Shown here: positions 38,101-47,276 of the stretch, in pieces
Layout: each line of letters starts with the position of its first letter
Position numbering within the stretch: position 1 is the first letter of the stretch
Origin: Flavobacteriales bacterium
GTDB taxonomy: Bacteria; Bacteroidota; Bacteroidia; NS11-12g; UBA955
Length of the DNA: 64,000 nt
Assembly: GCA_002737705.1 (NCBI GenBank)
Contig: NSIM01000009.1
Location: 559 to 64,558, forward strand
Reading direction: 5' to 3'
The notes under the pieces: generated by a model
The model's database searches: none
What the model saw: the letters and a program-made list of their open reading frames with translations, nothing else
What the model was told of the DNA's origin: nothing
Made by a program: the position numbers and the translations under genes

Positions 38101-38292
38101 ATCAAAATCTATTATACGGAAGAGCATAACCAACTGCTCAAATCATGGATTCAAGCAGCAAATGCGCAACTACAATCGCTTTCTTTTATGAGCGGTTGTG
38201 GAAAAGCAGACTGTTATTGGTGTGATTTTGCAAAAAACACCCACCAAATTGTTTACCTGCCAGAAATTGAAAAAGAAGATATGGAGGCTTAG
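35110..38292 (+). CDS. UvrD/PcrA-type superfamily-1 helicase fused to a C-terminal PD-(D/E)XK (RecB/Cas4-like) nuclease domain
   Basis: 1060 aa. The helicase motifs are LNTEQQRAVNTIDGPVMVVAGPGTGKT (Walker A), YILVDEYQDT, VGDDDQSVYAFQGA, TENYRS, ITTHSSKGLEFEHVF and LFYVALTRAKK. The C-terminal nuclease block is GNLDKIVFDGKNVTVVDYKTGKP. Confidence 0.85.
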   Translation: MDSFEDLFNNLNTEQQRAVNTIDGPVMVVAGPGTGKTQILATRILNIISKTDTQAQNILCLTYTDAGAIAMQKRLGLFMGASAFNVPIYTFHGLCNKIIQENSEKFSRTELRVMDDLDKIDLIQGIVEQLPANSLLKSYQDDAQQIRRDLSKMWNLMQSESIELTQIEAWTESLLIAENFKLAFPNLVYKKPSGENKVGDIKASEYKKMSLAWKKGLEAAKLFATYKELKKKKGLYEFSDMLEWVCEGFKNDPDLLLDSQERYQYILVDEYQDTSGLQNQILHQLISFWGDTPNCFVVGDDDQSVYAFQGAKVSNMLDFAKKYEQNLQTFVLTENYRSSQPILDMAKKVIENNSQRLVYKMQGLSKELIAAGKNCFFDPITPNIKQFKNEFHEAVGIAEEIKLLIESGEKANEIAVLYPFNKHAKILVDTFDEMKLPFVIHRSVDILNETTIQHLLVWIEYLSLEIAVANSGEHLIYKLLISPLYDISSFEVNQLSVAVYAKKTSSRNQGIQYHWRDHIAEIIKLPQQTELFGEPPSVALKALWINIEKWIKEASWLTVPQLIQQFYSEGGYLAYALKSNDTEWTLEVLQTFLQFSNRQNEKNPFQKPHEFLATVKKMLGNNIAIPLEKRIGNAQGVQFITTHSSKGLEFEHVFVTRLNPKEWEENDAGRMPFRIMKLIQGKEIQLHNQTTAEEDLEERRRLFYVALTRAKKTLHISFNQLRVTPTKISEQTASLFVYECADEITTTNQEISLQNLLFVQQAILQKTSKPKLLSDKLDWILDRTTNFTFSPSSLYSILECGLKFYFTRIVRVPDAPHPATSYGTAMHAAMKIWVDTWTNDKKWLTQSAIIQIFEKEMYRQRHGFNEKQFSLRMQQGKDILPDYYAARSTEFRSHQLVLSEKTIKTVIDGVPIAGNLDKIVFDGKNVTVVDYKTGKPENSIKKSQAPGVRSIEKLPPSYWFQIGIYQLMINNLPGKDWKCNLGVIDCIEKDENGEFPHIKIYYTEEHNQLLKSWIQAANAQLQSLSFMSGCGKADCYWCDFAKNTHQIVYLPEIEKEDMEA

Positions 38293-38296
38293 TTAA

Positions 38297-39013
38297 CTAC
38301 AAACCCAATTTTCGACACGCTTTTTCAGAACAGAGTTCTTCCGCTTTTTTGCGGCTAAAATTTTCTTCCGTAAACCATGTTTCTCCATCAACGACCAAAG
38401 AAACTGTGTTTAGGCTATTGGTATTCTCACCTAAATGCTGGACAACAAATTGAATACTTTTATGGTTTTGTTGGGTCCATTTCATAATCAAGGCTTTATA
38501 GCTCACAGTAGTAGACATAAGTTTTTCCATGTCAAGATAATGACCAACCAAGCGATCAACCACAAATTTTCGTGCTGCAGAAAATCCTTTATCCAAATAA
38601 ATTGCCCCAATTAATGCTTCCAATGCATTGCCCCCTATTGTTTTCATTGCAACTTTATTGTGATGCAAATCGGATTTTATTTCCATTATTTCAACCAATC
38701 CCAATTTGGCAGCCAAAAATGACAACTGCTCTCGGTTTACGATTCGGGTTCGCATCTCCGTCAAAAAACCCTCGTTTTTGCGGGGAAATTGCATGTAAAG
38801 CAAATCGGCAATCACGGCATCCAAAATTGCGTCGCCAAGGAATTCTAAGCGTTCGTTGTTGCCAATTTGTTCTGTGTTCTGGATAAGAGACATCGAACTA
38901 TGCCGCAATGCTTCTTGATAAATACGCAATTTCCCTGGTCTAACTCCCGTTAGCCGATACACCTGATTTGAAAGTTTGTTTCTGTTAAATAATGAGGATA
39001 ATACAGTCTTCAA
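38297..39013 (-). CDS. rnc: Ribonuclease III
   Basis: 238 aa. The signature is NERLEFLGDAILD, with a C-terminal dsRNA-binding domain. Only a TTG start is available in frame after the fabF stop. Confidence 0.9.
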   Translation of the reverse strand: MKTVLSSLFNRNKLSNQVYRLTGVRPGKLRIYQEALRHSSMSLIQNTEQIGNNERLEFLGDAILDAVIADLLYMQFPRKNEGFLTEMRTRIVNREQLSFLAAKLGLVEIMEIKSDLHHNKVAMKTIGGNALEALIGAIYLDKGFSAARKFVVDRLVGHYLDMEKLMSTTVSYKALIMKWTQQNHKSIQFVVQHLGENTNSLNTVSLVVDGETWFTEENFSRKKAEELCSEKACRKLGL

Positions 39014-39022
39014 AACAGAAAC

Positions 39023-40279
39023 TTAGGCTTCATATTTTTTGAAAATCACCGTTGCGTTGTGACCGCCAAAACCAAAAGTATTGCATAATGCTGCGCGCAC
39101 AGTCTTTTTCTGGGCGACATTGAATGTGAAATTGAGTCGTGAATCAAACTCCGGATCATCCGTAAAATGATTGATTGTGGGTGGTATAATATCTTCATGA
39201 ACTGCCATCACACAAGCAAGTGACTCAACCGCTCCCGCACCGCCCAACAGGTGACCTGTCATGCTCTTGGTACTACTAATATTTAGTTTGTATGCATCTT
39301 CTCCGAAAACCGAAACAATGGCTTTGGCCTCCGCAATATCGCCAAGTGGCGTACTTGTCCCATGGACATTGATATAATCAATATCAGCGGGTTTTAGATT
39401 GGCCTCTTGCAGTGCTCTTTGCATCACATTGCGCGCACCCAAACCTTCGGGATGAGGTGCCGTAATATGATAGGCATCGGAGGTTAATCCGCTGCCAACA
39501 ATTTCTGCATAAATCTTTGCTCCGCGGGAAACAGCAAATTCTAAGTCTTCCAAAATCAAGCAAGCGCCACCCTCTCCCACGACAAACCCATCTCGGTCTA
39601 AATCGAATGGCCTCGATGCTGTTTTGAAATCATCATTCCTTTCACTCAATGCTTTCATATTGCCAAACCCACCCAAAGAAGGCTCAGTCACAGCAGCTTC
39701 AGAACCGCCCGTAACAATGGCATCTGCTTTGCCCAAACGAATTAAATTAAAGGCATCTATGATTGCATTTGTAGAGGACGCACAAGCCGAAACAGTCGAA
39801 AAATTGGGACCCCGAAATCCGTATTTAATACTAATCAAGCCAGGTGCAATATCTACGATGATTTTAGGGATAAAAAAAGGAGAAAACCGGGGTGTTCCAT
39901 CCCCATTTGCAAAATCAACAGATTCCTGAAAAAAAGAAGTTAGACCTCCGATTCCCGTGCCCCAGATAACCCCAATCCTGTCCAAATCAAATCCTTTACA
40001 GTGCATCAAACCACTGTTTATGATTGCTTCATCGGCAGCCACCAAGGCAAATTGGGTGAACAAGTCCATCCTTTTAGATTCTTTTCTATCAAAAAAATTG
40101 TCGGCTGAAAAATTCTTTACCTCACAGGCAAATTTTACCTTAAATTTTTCTGTATCAAACCGGGATATGAGATTGGCACCACCAATACCATTGCGCAAAG
40201 AATGGAAATACGATGAAACGTCGTTTCCCAGGGGAGTAATGGCTCCAATACCTGTAACTACAACCCTACGGAGCTGCAT
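39023..40279 (-). CDS. fabF: Beta-ketoacyl-ACP synthase II
   Basis: 418 aa. The active-site region is TVSACASSTNAI, with HGTSTPLGD and GFGGHN blocks. Confidence 0.95.
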   Translation of the reverse strand: MQLRRVVVTGIGAITPLGNDVSSYFHSLRNGIGGANLISRFDTEKFKVKFACEVKNFSADNFFDRKESKRMDLFTQFALVAADEAIINSGLMHCKGFDLDRIGVIWGTGIGGLTSFFQESVDFANGDGTPRFSPFFIPKIIVDIAPGLISIKYGFRGPNFSTVSACASSTNAIIDAFNLIRLGKADAIVTGGSEAAVTEPSLGGFGNMKALSERNDDFKTASRPFDLDRDGFVVGEGGACLILEDLEFAVSRGAKIYAEIVGSGLTSDAYHITAPHPEGLGARNVMQRALQEANLKPADIDYINVHGTSTPLGDIAEAKAIVSVFGEDAYKLNISSTKSMTGHLLGGAGAVESLACVMAVHEDIIPPTINHFTDDPEFDSRLNFTFNVAQKKTVRAALCNTFGFGGHNATVIFKKYEA

Positions 40280-40282
40280 AAC

Positions 40283-40519
40283 TTACTTTTTATTTTCTTC
40301 GATATATTGGATGGCTTCACCGACAGTTTGAATTTTTTCTGCCTGATCATCTGGGATACTGATATCGAATTCTTTTTCAAATTCCATAATCAGTTCAACG
40401 GTATCGAGTGAATCGGCACCTAGGTCGTTTGTGAAATTGGCCTCATTAACAACTTCAGTAGCTTCGACACCAAGTTTGTCTACAATAATGGCCTTTACTT
40501 TTTCTGCAATTTGTGACAT
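40283..40519 (-). CDS. acpP: Acyl carrier protein
   Basis: 78 aa with the [16 protein letters not shown] phosphopantetheine-attachment motif. Confidence 0.95.
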   Translation of the reverse strand: MSQIAEKVKAIIVDKLGVEATEVVNEANFTNDLGADSLDTVELIMEFEKEFDISIPDDQAEKIQTVGEAIQYIEENKK

Positions 40520-40595
40520 GCTATTGTTTTTTGATTTAAATTGTGATGCAAAGAAACATTTTTTTTGTGAGATACAACATTAAAATTATTTTTGT

Positions 40596-41045
40596 ATGTA
40601 CACCTTGCCCCTAAAAAAATACAAATCCCTACAACTTGAAGCAGATATCGAACTTGATATCATAACCATTCATGCCCAAATACCGCCTCATTTTATGGCT
40701 TGGTGTCTTGATGACACTTTTTCTTCGATTTTTGTGCGACAACCCGAATTATTTTCAGTATCATTGCCTAAGGATACAGAATCAAACCACGTAGAATACT
40801 ACTGGAATGACGTCGAACTATCGGGGCAAATGTGGCTAATAGAGAACAAAGGTGACAAAGGGTTTTTGTATGCCCCAAAGCCTCGTCCCGATTTTTGGAT
40901 TTTGATGAAAAATATGGAAGAACGGGTTGAATTGGAGAACTGGATAAAAAAAATACAATCCATCTCCACAGTTCAAACCGCCTATATATTTCCCAAGTCA
41001 AAACACGGAAAACTATTTTGGCTTAAAGCTTTAAGTCACCTTTAA
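40596..41045 (+). CDS. IPExxxVDY-family-like protein (motif degenerate)
   Basis: 149 aa, divergent from acpP. The block order LDIITIHAQIPPHFMAWCLDD ... LIENKG ... FLYAPKPRPDFWILM ... ISTVQTAYIF parallels my recollection of the Bacteroidota IPExxxVDY family. Here the eponymous motif reads APKPRPDFW. Confidence 0.5.
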   Translation: MYTLPLKKYKSLQLEADIELDIITIHAQIPPHFMAWCLDDTFSSIFVRQPELFSVSLPKDTESNHVEYYWNDVELSGQMWLIENKGDKGFLYAPKPRPDFWILMKNMEERVELENWIKKIQSISTVQTAYIFPKSKHGKLFWLKALSHL

Positions 41046-41065
41046 AGACGATAAAATGACACACT

Positions 41066-42496
41066 ATGTTCGAAGGCAAATTTAACAAAACCAAGATAAT
41101 TGCTACAATTGGACCAGCGACAAGCAGTGAAGAGATGTTGGAAAAAATCATTCTGGCTGGTGTAAATGTATGCCGTCTCAATTTTTCCCATGGGACCCAC
41201 GAAGACCACAAAGCCGTCATCGACAGGATACACAAAATCAATGCACGTTTGGGTTCTCATGTTGCCATAATGCAAGATTTACAGGGCCCAAAACTGCGCA
41301 TAGGAAAAATAAATGGAGAAATTGAATTGCGCGAAGGTGATAGCATTTTATTGAGCACCACAGAACAAGAGTGCACAAACAAAATTCTGTTTGTGAGCTA
41401 CAAACGATTGGTGAAAGATTGTAAAGTGGGCGAGCCTGTGTTGCTTAATGACGGGAAAGTACACCTTGAATTGACAGAAAAAGTAGACAAAAATACGATG
41501 CGTGCGAAGGTGGTTTCGGGAGGGCCGCTCTCCTCAAACAAAGGGTTTAACCTCCCCTTTTCTTCGCTTTTTGTTCCCAGCTTGACAAAAAAAGACCTGG
41601 TCGACCTAGAATTTGGTCTCTCCCAGGATTTGGATTGGATTGCCTTAAGCTTTGTAAGAAAAGCCAATGATATTTTGGAATTGAAACAATTAATTGCTGA
41701 AAAAGGTCTTGATGTCAAGGTTATTGCCAAAATCGAAAAACCCGAAGCGATGCTTAATATAGATGCGATCATACAAGTTGCCGATGCGATCATGGTTGCA
41801 AGGGGAGATTTAGGCGTAGAGGTTCCAATGCAAAAGGTTCCACTTATTCAAAAAACAATCATTGAAAAATGTTTGGCTGCCGCAAAACCTTCCATTATTG
41901 CCACCCAAATGATGGAATCGATGATTGTGGATAGCATGCCCACACGTGCCGAAATTACCGATGTTGCAAATGCGGTATTGGATGGTGCCGATGCCTTAAT
42001 GCTCTCGGGTGAAACATCTGTGGGCAAACATCCTGAGCGCGTAATTGAAATCATGGGCAATATTGTCTCTGATATTGAGAGTGACCGTCGGGCCTACTAC
42101 AAAGGCGTAAAACCCAATATCGAATCTCCCTCGTTTTACAGTGATGAGATCTGTTTTACAGCAGTTCGCATGAGTGACCACCTAAAAGCCAAAGCCATCG
42201 TTGCCCTTACAAAAAGTGGTTTTACAGGCTATAGGGTGGCGAGTTTTCGACCAGAAGCAAATATTTTCATTTTTACCCAAAGTCCGAAGTTGCTCAAGAC
42301 CATGTCTTTGGTTTGGGGCATCCGTGGTTTTTTTTACGACAACTTTGTTAGTACCGACAATACATTGCAAGACATCGTTACCATATTGAAAACCGATAAT
42401 CACATTGATATTGGCGATTATATTATTAGTTGTGCCAGCATGCCAATGCACAAAAAACTCCGTACCAATACCATTAAGGTAACATTGGTCGATTAA
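41066..42496 (+). CDS. pyk: Pyruvate kinase
   Basis: 476 aa. The blocks are KTKIIATIGPA, VCRLNFSHG, IAKIEKPEA, MVARGDLGVE and ATQMMESM. Confidence 0.95.
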   Translation: MFEGKFNKTKIIATIGPATSSEEMLEKIILAGVNVCRLNFSHGTHEDHKAVIDRIHKINARLGSHVAIMQDLQGPKLRIGKINGEIELREGDSILLSTTEQECTNKILFVSYKRLVKDCKVGEPVLLNDGKVHLELTEKVDKNTMRAKVVSGGPLSSNKGFNLPFSSLFVPSLTKKDLVDLEFGLSQDLDWIALSFVRKANDILELKQLIAEKGLDVKVIAKIEKPEAMLNIDAIIQVADAIMVARGDLGVEVPMQKVPLIQKTIIEKCLAAAKPSIIATQMMESMIVDSMPTRAEITDVANAVLDGADALMLSGETSVGKHPERVIEIMGNIVSDIESDRRAYYKGVKPNIESPSFYSDEICFTAVRMSDHLKAKAIVALTKSGFTGYRVASFRPEANIFIFTQSPKLLKTMSLVWGIRGFFYDNFVSTDNTLQDIVTILKTDNHIDIGDYIISCASMPMHKKLRTNTIKVTLVD

Positions 42497-42518
42497 TAAA
42501 GTGTAATTTTGCGATACC

Positions 42519-43052
42519 ATGGACGGGGTATTCACAAACAAAGTAGCATCCAGTGGTTTAATTACACTGAATTTAGAGGACTACTACCCCTCATGTGATC
42601 GAAAAGTCATTGATATCAAAGACGTTTTGTATATGGGTCGGGTATTGAAAGAAAAGGATTTTCGTGAATGGGCAAAAAATCATGATTGGGAACAGTATAA
42701 AGAAGCATCAGTGGCCATCACTTGCAGTGTCGATGCCATAATACCCTTTTGGGCGTATATGATTATTGTATCAAATCTTTCGGGAATCGCCATCCATGCC
42801 GTATTTGGAGACTTGAACACATTGGATGCAGTATTGTGGCATAACGCACTCGCTTCACTAGACATAGAATCATACCGCAACGAAAGGGTTGTTGTGAAAG
42901 GTTGTGGAGTCATGCCCGTCTCTGCTGCCGCATACGCAGAAATAACCCGATTGTTGGTAGGGGTTACCAAAAGTATTATGTATGGAGAACCTTGTTCGAC
43001 CGTACCGGTATATAAATCCAAAAATAAAGACCCGTTGAAAAATTGCAACTGA
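42519..43052 (+). CDS. DUF2480 family protein
   Basis: 177 aa. The blocks LITLNLEDYYP, LKEKDFREW...HDWEQYK, AITCSVDAIIPFWAYM and SIMYGEPCSTVPVYK match my recollection of the family. The stop overlaps the next gene's start (TGATG). Confidence 0.6.
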   Translation: MDGVFTNKVASSGLITLNLEDYYPSCDRKVIDIKDVLYMGRVLKEKDFREWAKNHDWEQYKEASVAITCSVDAIIPFWAYMIIVSNLSGIAIHAVFGDLNTLDAVLWHNALASLDIESYRNERVVVKGCGVMPVSAAAYAEITRLLVGVTKSIMYGEPCSTVPVYKSKNKDPLKNCN

Positions 43053-44137
43053 TGGGTTTTACACGCATAAAGGCAGATTTTTTGAAAGATTGGGTTGAAA
43101 CAATCTTGGTACAGGAAGGATTTTCTCAAGAACATGCAAATTTGTCGGCAGATGTTCTTTTAATGGCTGATTTGAGAGGCATTGATAGCCATGGGGTAGC
43201 CCGATTGGAAGGGTATATTCGATTGATTCGGTCGGGACAAATCAATCCCAAGCCCAATATGGTTTTTACACAGCGCAAAAAATCGATGGGGCTGTTAAAT
43301 GCAGATTCAGCCATCGGATTGGTTTCAGCTCCCTTGGCTATGCTAAAAGCCATAGAAATGGGAAAAGAAGTAGGCAGTGGATGGGTGGGAATTTCCAACT
43401 CAAATCATTTTGGAATTGCTGCATACCATGCAATGTTGGCATTAGAACATTCTATGATTGGTCTTGCCATGACCAATGCCAGCCCACTTGTAACGCCTGC
43501 CGGCGGATCTGAAAGGATGTTGGGGACCAACCCACTTTGTATCTGTATACCTGCTGCCGAAGAGTTGCCCTTTGTCTTGGATATGGCAACATCGGCTGCT
43601 GCCAATGGAAAATTGGAAATTGCCGACCGACTTGGCAAATCAATTCCAAGGGGTTGGGCTTTGGATAATAGCGGTGGAGAAACAAATGATCCAACAATTT
43701 TGAAACAAGGTGGGATGCTTCTTCCTTTGGGTTCTGATTCAGAACACGGCGCCCATAAAGGATTTGGCTTAGGAGCATGGGTCGATATTTTTTCTGGTGT
43801 CTTGTCTGGCGCAAATTATGGACCATGGGTACCCCCGTTTGTACAATTTTTACATGCTCAAAACGACCAACCCGGTCTGGGAATCGGTCATTTTGTTGGC
43901 TGTTGGGAACTCGATGGATTTAGAGATATACAGGCCGTTAAAAAAGACATGGACCAATGGATTCGTCGTTTTAAAACCACTGTCCCCGCATCGGGTATAG
44001 AAAGGGTAATGATACCCGGTGAACCCGAATATTTTGAGCACAAAAAAAGAGCGTCTCTGGGTATTCCCATCGAAAATTCTTTGCTTCAACATCTGAAGTT
44101 GATTTCCGACCAGTATTCCATTCCATTTAATCCTTAG
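43052..44137 (+). CDS. Ldh_2 family (malate/L-lactate/ureidoglycolate-type) oxidoreductase
   Basis: Track ORF (TTG 43043) trimmed to ATG 43052. The blocks are LLMADLRGIDSHGVARL, ISNSNHFGIAAYH, GTNPLCI and AHKGFGLG. Confidence 0.85.
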   Translation: MGFTRIKADFLKDWVETILVQEGFSQEHANLSADVLLMADLRGIDSHGVARLEGYIRLIRSGQINPKPNMVFTQRKKSMGLLNADSAIGLVSAPLAMLKAIEMGKEVGSGWVGISNSNHFGIAAYHAMLALEHSMIGLAMTNASPLVTPAGGSERMLGTNPLCICIPAAEELPFVLDMATSAAANGKLEIADRLGKSIPRGWALDNSGGETNDPTILKQGGMLLPLGSDSEHGAHKGFGLGAWVDIFSGVLSGANYGPWVPPFVQFLHAQNDQPGLGIGHFVGCWELDGFRDIQAVKKDMDQWIRRFKTTVPASGIERVMIPGEPEYFEHKKRASLGIPIENSLLQHLKLISDQYSIPFNP

Positions 44138-44145
44138 GCTAGGTT

Positions 44146-44388
44146 ATGATTCACCAACAAAAAATAAAATTACTGATTGCAATAGGATTTTTTGCCTTGT
44201 TTACAGGATTATCAATCTTTGGATATCACAGGTATTTAAAACCCATTCGTGACGGTCGCAATAAGCGGTCTGAAAAGTTCTCACTCAAAAAAAAATACAG
44301 AACCACATTCAATCCTGACTTTATTGATAGCGTCAGCAAACTAAATATTCAACGCAAGAAAGACACTGTCACCCAAGAGACTCCATAA
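44146..44388 (+). CDS. Small basic single-TM protein (hypothetical)
   Basis: 80-aa ATG ORF starting 8 nt after the Ldh_2 gene stop. It has one TM helix (LLIAIGFFALFTGLSIFGY) and a Lys/Arg-rich tail. Confidence 0.4.
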   Translation: MIHQQKIKLLIAIGFFALFTGLSIFGYHRYLKPIRDGRNKRSEKFSLKKKYRTTFNPDFIDSVSKLNIQRKKDTVTQETP

Positions 44389-44525
44389 ATTTATTTTTTA
44401 ACCCGAATAGATGAAAATACCTTATTCAGGTATAGATAGACTTCTGGTTAAGGGTTATTTTCGATTCCTAAAATGTCTTTGCTGTTTTGTTATTTCCAAC
44501 ATCTATGCGCCCCATGTTAGAACCC

Positions 44526-45860
44526 TTAGGCTAACATATCTAAAAGCAATGCTTCAATAAAATCGCGATCATTCAACCTGCCCTCTAATTTATTGTCAAT
44601 GATATGCTGGAGTATTTTGTCGTTCTTGGCACCGAATTTCAATGCCTCAGAATAATCACGGGAACTAAAGGTTACCCGCTCGTATTGGCTGGTAAAGAGT
44701 TTGGAGTAATTTTCTGAAAGACTGTGTTCTATTTTCTTTTTTTGCAAAAACGCGTCACTACCAACCCAATCGCGCATCTCTTCAAAATTCTGCAAAGCCA
44801 AATCTGCAATGGCATCGGCATTGGGTTTGCGCAATTTTTGGTAAGAATCCAAGACCACTTCCCAATTACCACCAAAATCTTCGATACAATTGTCCAATAC
44901 AATACAATCTTCAAAAGAACAATTCATTCCTTGTCCATAAAAAGGCACCAGTGCATGTGCGCTATCTCCCATCAGTGCATTGTTTCCGCTAACCCATGGA
45001 TAACACCGAATGGTGGTTAACATCCCCGTTGGATTGTTTTGAAAATCGTCTACGATAGAAGGCATTGCATCCAACACATCAGGAAAATTTTCTTTGAAAA
45101 ATGCATTAATTTCTGCAGGTGTTTTAAGTTGTTCTATTCCAGGACTAGCATCAAAAGGCATAAACAAGGTGCACGTGAAATTGCCCCCAGGATTTGGCAA
45201 AGCAATCATCAGAAAACTCTTTCGCGGCCAAATATGCAAACAATTCTTATCCAAACGAAAATTTCCATTTGAATCGGCTGGAATTTCCAATTCCTTGTAT
45301 CCATAATTCTCGTAAGTCTGGGAAAAATTAAACCGTGGTAAGCGCTGCATGGAGTCGCGCAAAGCACTAAAAGCACCGTCGGTTCCCAAAACCAAATCTG
45401 CTTTGTCTATCACTTTGAGCCCGTCAGCATTAAGGTAGGTGGTCTCGCAAGTTTTAAGATTTGCCCCAATACAGGTATAATTAAAAAACATTTGAATTGA
45501 GGGATATTGATTGGCCAATTTAAGCAATTTAATATTTAGTGCACTGCGCGACACGCTGTAAATAGCCTGACCCTCTTTACCATAGGGTTGGTATTTGAGA
45601 TTTCCTGCAATATCATGCATCATCCTGCCCGTCATGGGTATGCCTATTTCGAGAACTTCTTTGTCTAATCCAACGCGTTCTAATCCTCTAATTCCCCTTG
45701 TAGAGAGCGCAAGATTGATACTCCTTCCACCTTGGTACTTGCCCGAACGCATATCGTCTCTTCGCTCATAAATACTCACTTCATAGCCTCTTTTGGCTAA
45801 ATAAATAGACATCAAACTGCCAGCCAACCCCCCCCCAACCAATGTAATTTTTTCTGCCAT
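44526..45860 (-). CDS. kmo: Kynurenine 3-monooxygenase (FAD-dependent)
   Basis: 444 aa. The blocks are ITLVGGGLAGSLMSIYLAKRGYEVSIYERR (FAD fold), GRSINLALSTRG and GDSAHALVPFYGQGMN. Confidence 0.85.
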   Translation of the reverse strand: MAEKITLVGGGLAGSLMSIYLAKRGYEVSIYERRDDMRSGKYQGGRSINLALSTRGIRGLERVGLDKEVLEIGIPMTGRMMHDIAGNLKYQPYGKEGQAIYSVSRSALNIKLLKLANQYPSIQMFFNYTCIGANLKTCETTYLNADGLKVIDKADLVLGTDGAFSALRDSMQRLPRFNFSQTYENYGYKELEIPADSNGNFRLDKNCLHIWPRKSFLMIALPNPGGNFTCTLFMPFDASPGIEQLKTPAEINAFFKENFPDVLDAMPSIVDDFQNNPTGMLTTIRCYPWVSGNNALMGDSAHALVPFYGQGMNCSFEDCIVLDNCIEDFGGNWEVVLDSYQKLRKPNADAIADLALQNFEEMRDWVGSDAFLQKKKIEHSLSENYSKLFTSQYERVTFSSRDYSEALKFGAKNDKILQHIIDNKLEGRLNDRDFIEALLLDMLA

Positions 45861-45925
45861 TGCGAAACAAATTTAACCATAGATATGTTTGGAAAACAGT
45901 ACAAAAGGCAGAACTTTGTGAAGTT

Positions 45926-46558
45926 ATGCATTTTTTTTCGGTGCCACGCATATTGCGCAGTCTGGTTTCAGGATGCACTTGGGAAAAATCAGGTTCCCAG
46001 AAAATCATTTATTTGAGTTTTGACGACGGGCCAACCCCAAAAATTACGAGCCTAATACTCGAATTGCTAGCCCAATTTAACGCCAAAGCCACTTTTTTCT
46101 GTGTGGGTGAAAATCTGCAACGTTATCCCGAAATGGCCGCACAGATTGTTTTGGGGGGGCATACACTTGGCAACCACACATTACGACATAGTAAAGGCTG
46201 GAATACGCCTGTAGAAATCTATATCGACGAGGTAGACCAAACCCAAGGTATAATAGATCGCATCCAACCCAATGCCCCAAAATTGTTCAGACCGCCATAT
46301 GGGCGTATCACCCCCAAGCAAATTACAGAAATAACAAAACGTGGCTATGAAATTGTTCTGTGGAGCGAATTGAGTTGCGATTATGATCCAAACGTAAATA
46401 TCCAAAAAAGCATCGGCTCACTTTCCAAAAACAGCAAGTCCGGCTCCATTGTTGTTTTTCATGACAGCGAAAAAGCTGCTGCCCAAGTCTTACAAATATT
46501 GCCTGCATACTTACAAAAAATGTCTGAATCCGGTTTTGGTTTTAATTGTCTTGCCTAA
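45926..46558 (+). CDS. Polysaccharide deacetylase (NodB homology, CE4) family protein
   Basis: Track ORF (TTG 45860) trimmed to ATG 45926. The NodB motifs are LSFDDGP, HTLGNHTLRH and FRPPYG. Confidence 0.8.
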   Translation: MHFFSVPRILRSLVSGCTWEKSGSQKIIYLSFDDGPTPKITSLILELLAQFNAKATFFCVGENLQRYPEMAAQIVLGGHTLGNHTLRHSKGWNTPVEIYIDEVDQTQGIIDRIQPNAPKLFRPPYGRITPKQITEITKRGYEIVLWSELSCDYDPNVNIQKSIGSLSKNSKSGSIVVFHDSEKAAAQVLQILPAYLQKMSESGFGFNCLA

Positions 46559-46620
46559 TTTCGGGGGCACCAAAAAAAATTACGATTTATTTGATTGATT
46601 CTGTGTTATTTTGCGTAGAA

Positions 46621-47271
46621 ATGGACGCCCTTCAAGTTGATTATAATACCCAACGCTCACCCCTCTCAATTGCTGAATACGGTCGTCATGTCCAAGAGTA
46701 TATTGAACATATTAAAACATTGCCTGATAAGGAAAAACGAACCTCGTGGGTATCTAACTTGGTGCAAATTATGACGAGTTTAAACCCAGAAATAAAATTG
46801 CAGGCAAACTACAAAGAAATACTCTGGGGACATATATTTCACATTGCCAATTACGAATTGGACGTAGACTGCCCTTACGAGATTATCCAGATTAAGAAAG
46901 AAATTACTGTACCTAAACATTTGGGATACAATTCAAACGGCATTCGCTTTCGTTTTTATGGTCGCAATCTCCAGATGATGATAGACAAGGCCGCTGAAAT
47001 GCCAAATAGTGAATTAAAGCAAGACTTGGTAAACATGATTGCCTCGTTTATGTATAATTCTTGTAAGGCTTGGAACAACGAAAATTTAAGCAATGAAGTC
47101 ATTGCAGAACACTTGAATACACTTTCAAAAGGACAATTGAAAATTGCGGGCGATGAGTTGGTTGTGAGTGCTGATACAAATATTCCACTTCCCAAACCCG
47201 TCCAAAAAAATAATTTTGGAAGAAAAAATAATAAAAATCAAAACCGCGGGAAGAACTTCCGTAGATACTAA
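46621..47271 (+). CDS. DUF4290 domain protein
   Basis: Track ORF trimmed to ATG 46621 (MDALQVDYNTQRSPLSIAEYGRHVQEYIEHI). It has a basic K/R/N tail. It sits directly upstream of murA, as in other Bacteroidota as I recall. Confidence 0.65.
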   Translation: MDALQVDYNTQRSPLSIAEYGRHVQEYIEHIKTLPDKEKRTSWVSNLVQIMTSLNPEIKLQANYKEILWGHIFHIANYELDVDCPYEIIQIKKEITVPKHLGYNSNGIRFRFYGRNLQMMIDKAAEMPNSELKQDLVNMIASFMYNSCKAWNNENLSNEVIAEHLNTLSKGQLKIAGDELVVSADTNIPLPKPVQKNNFGRKNNKNQNRGKNFRRY

Positions 47272-47276
47272 AAACA

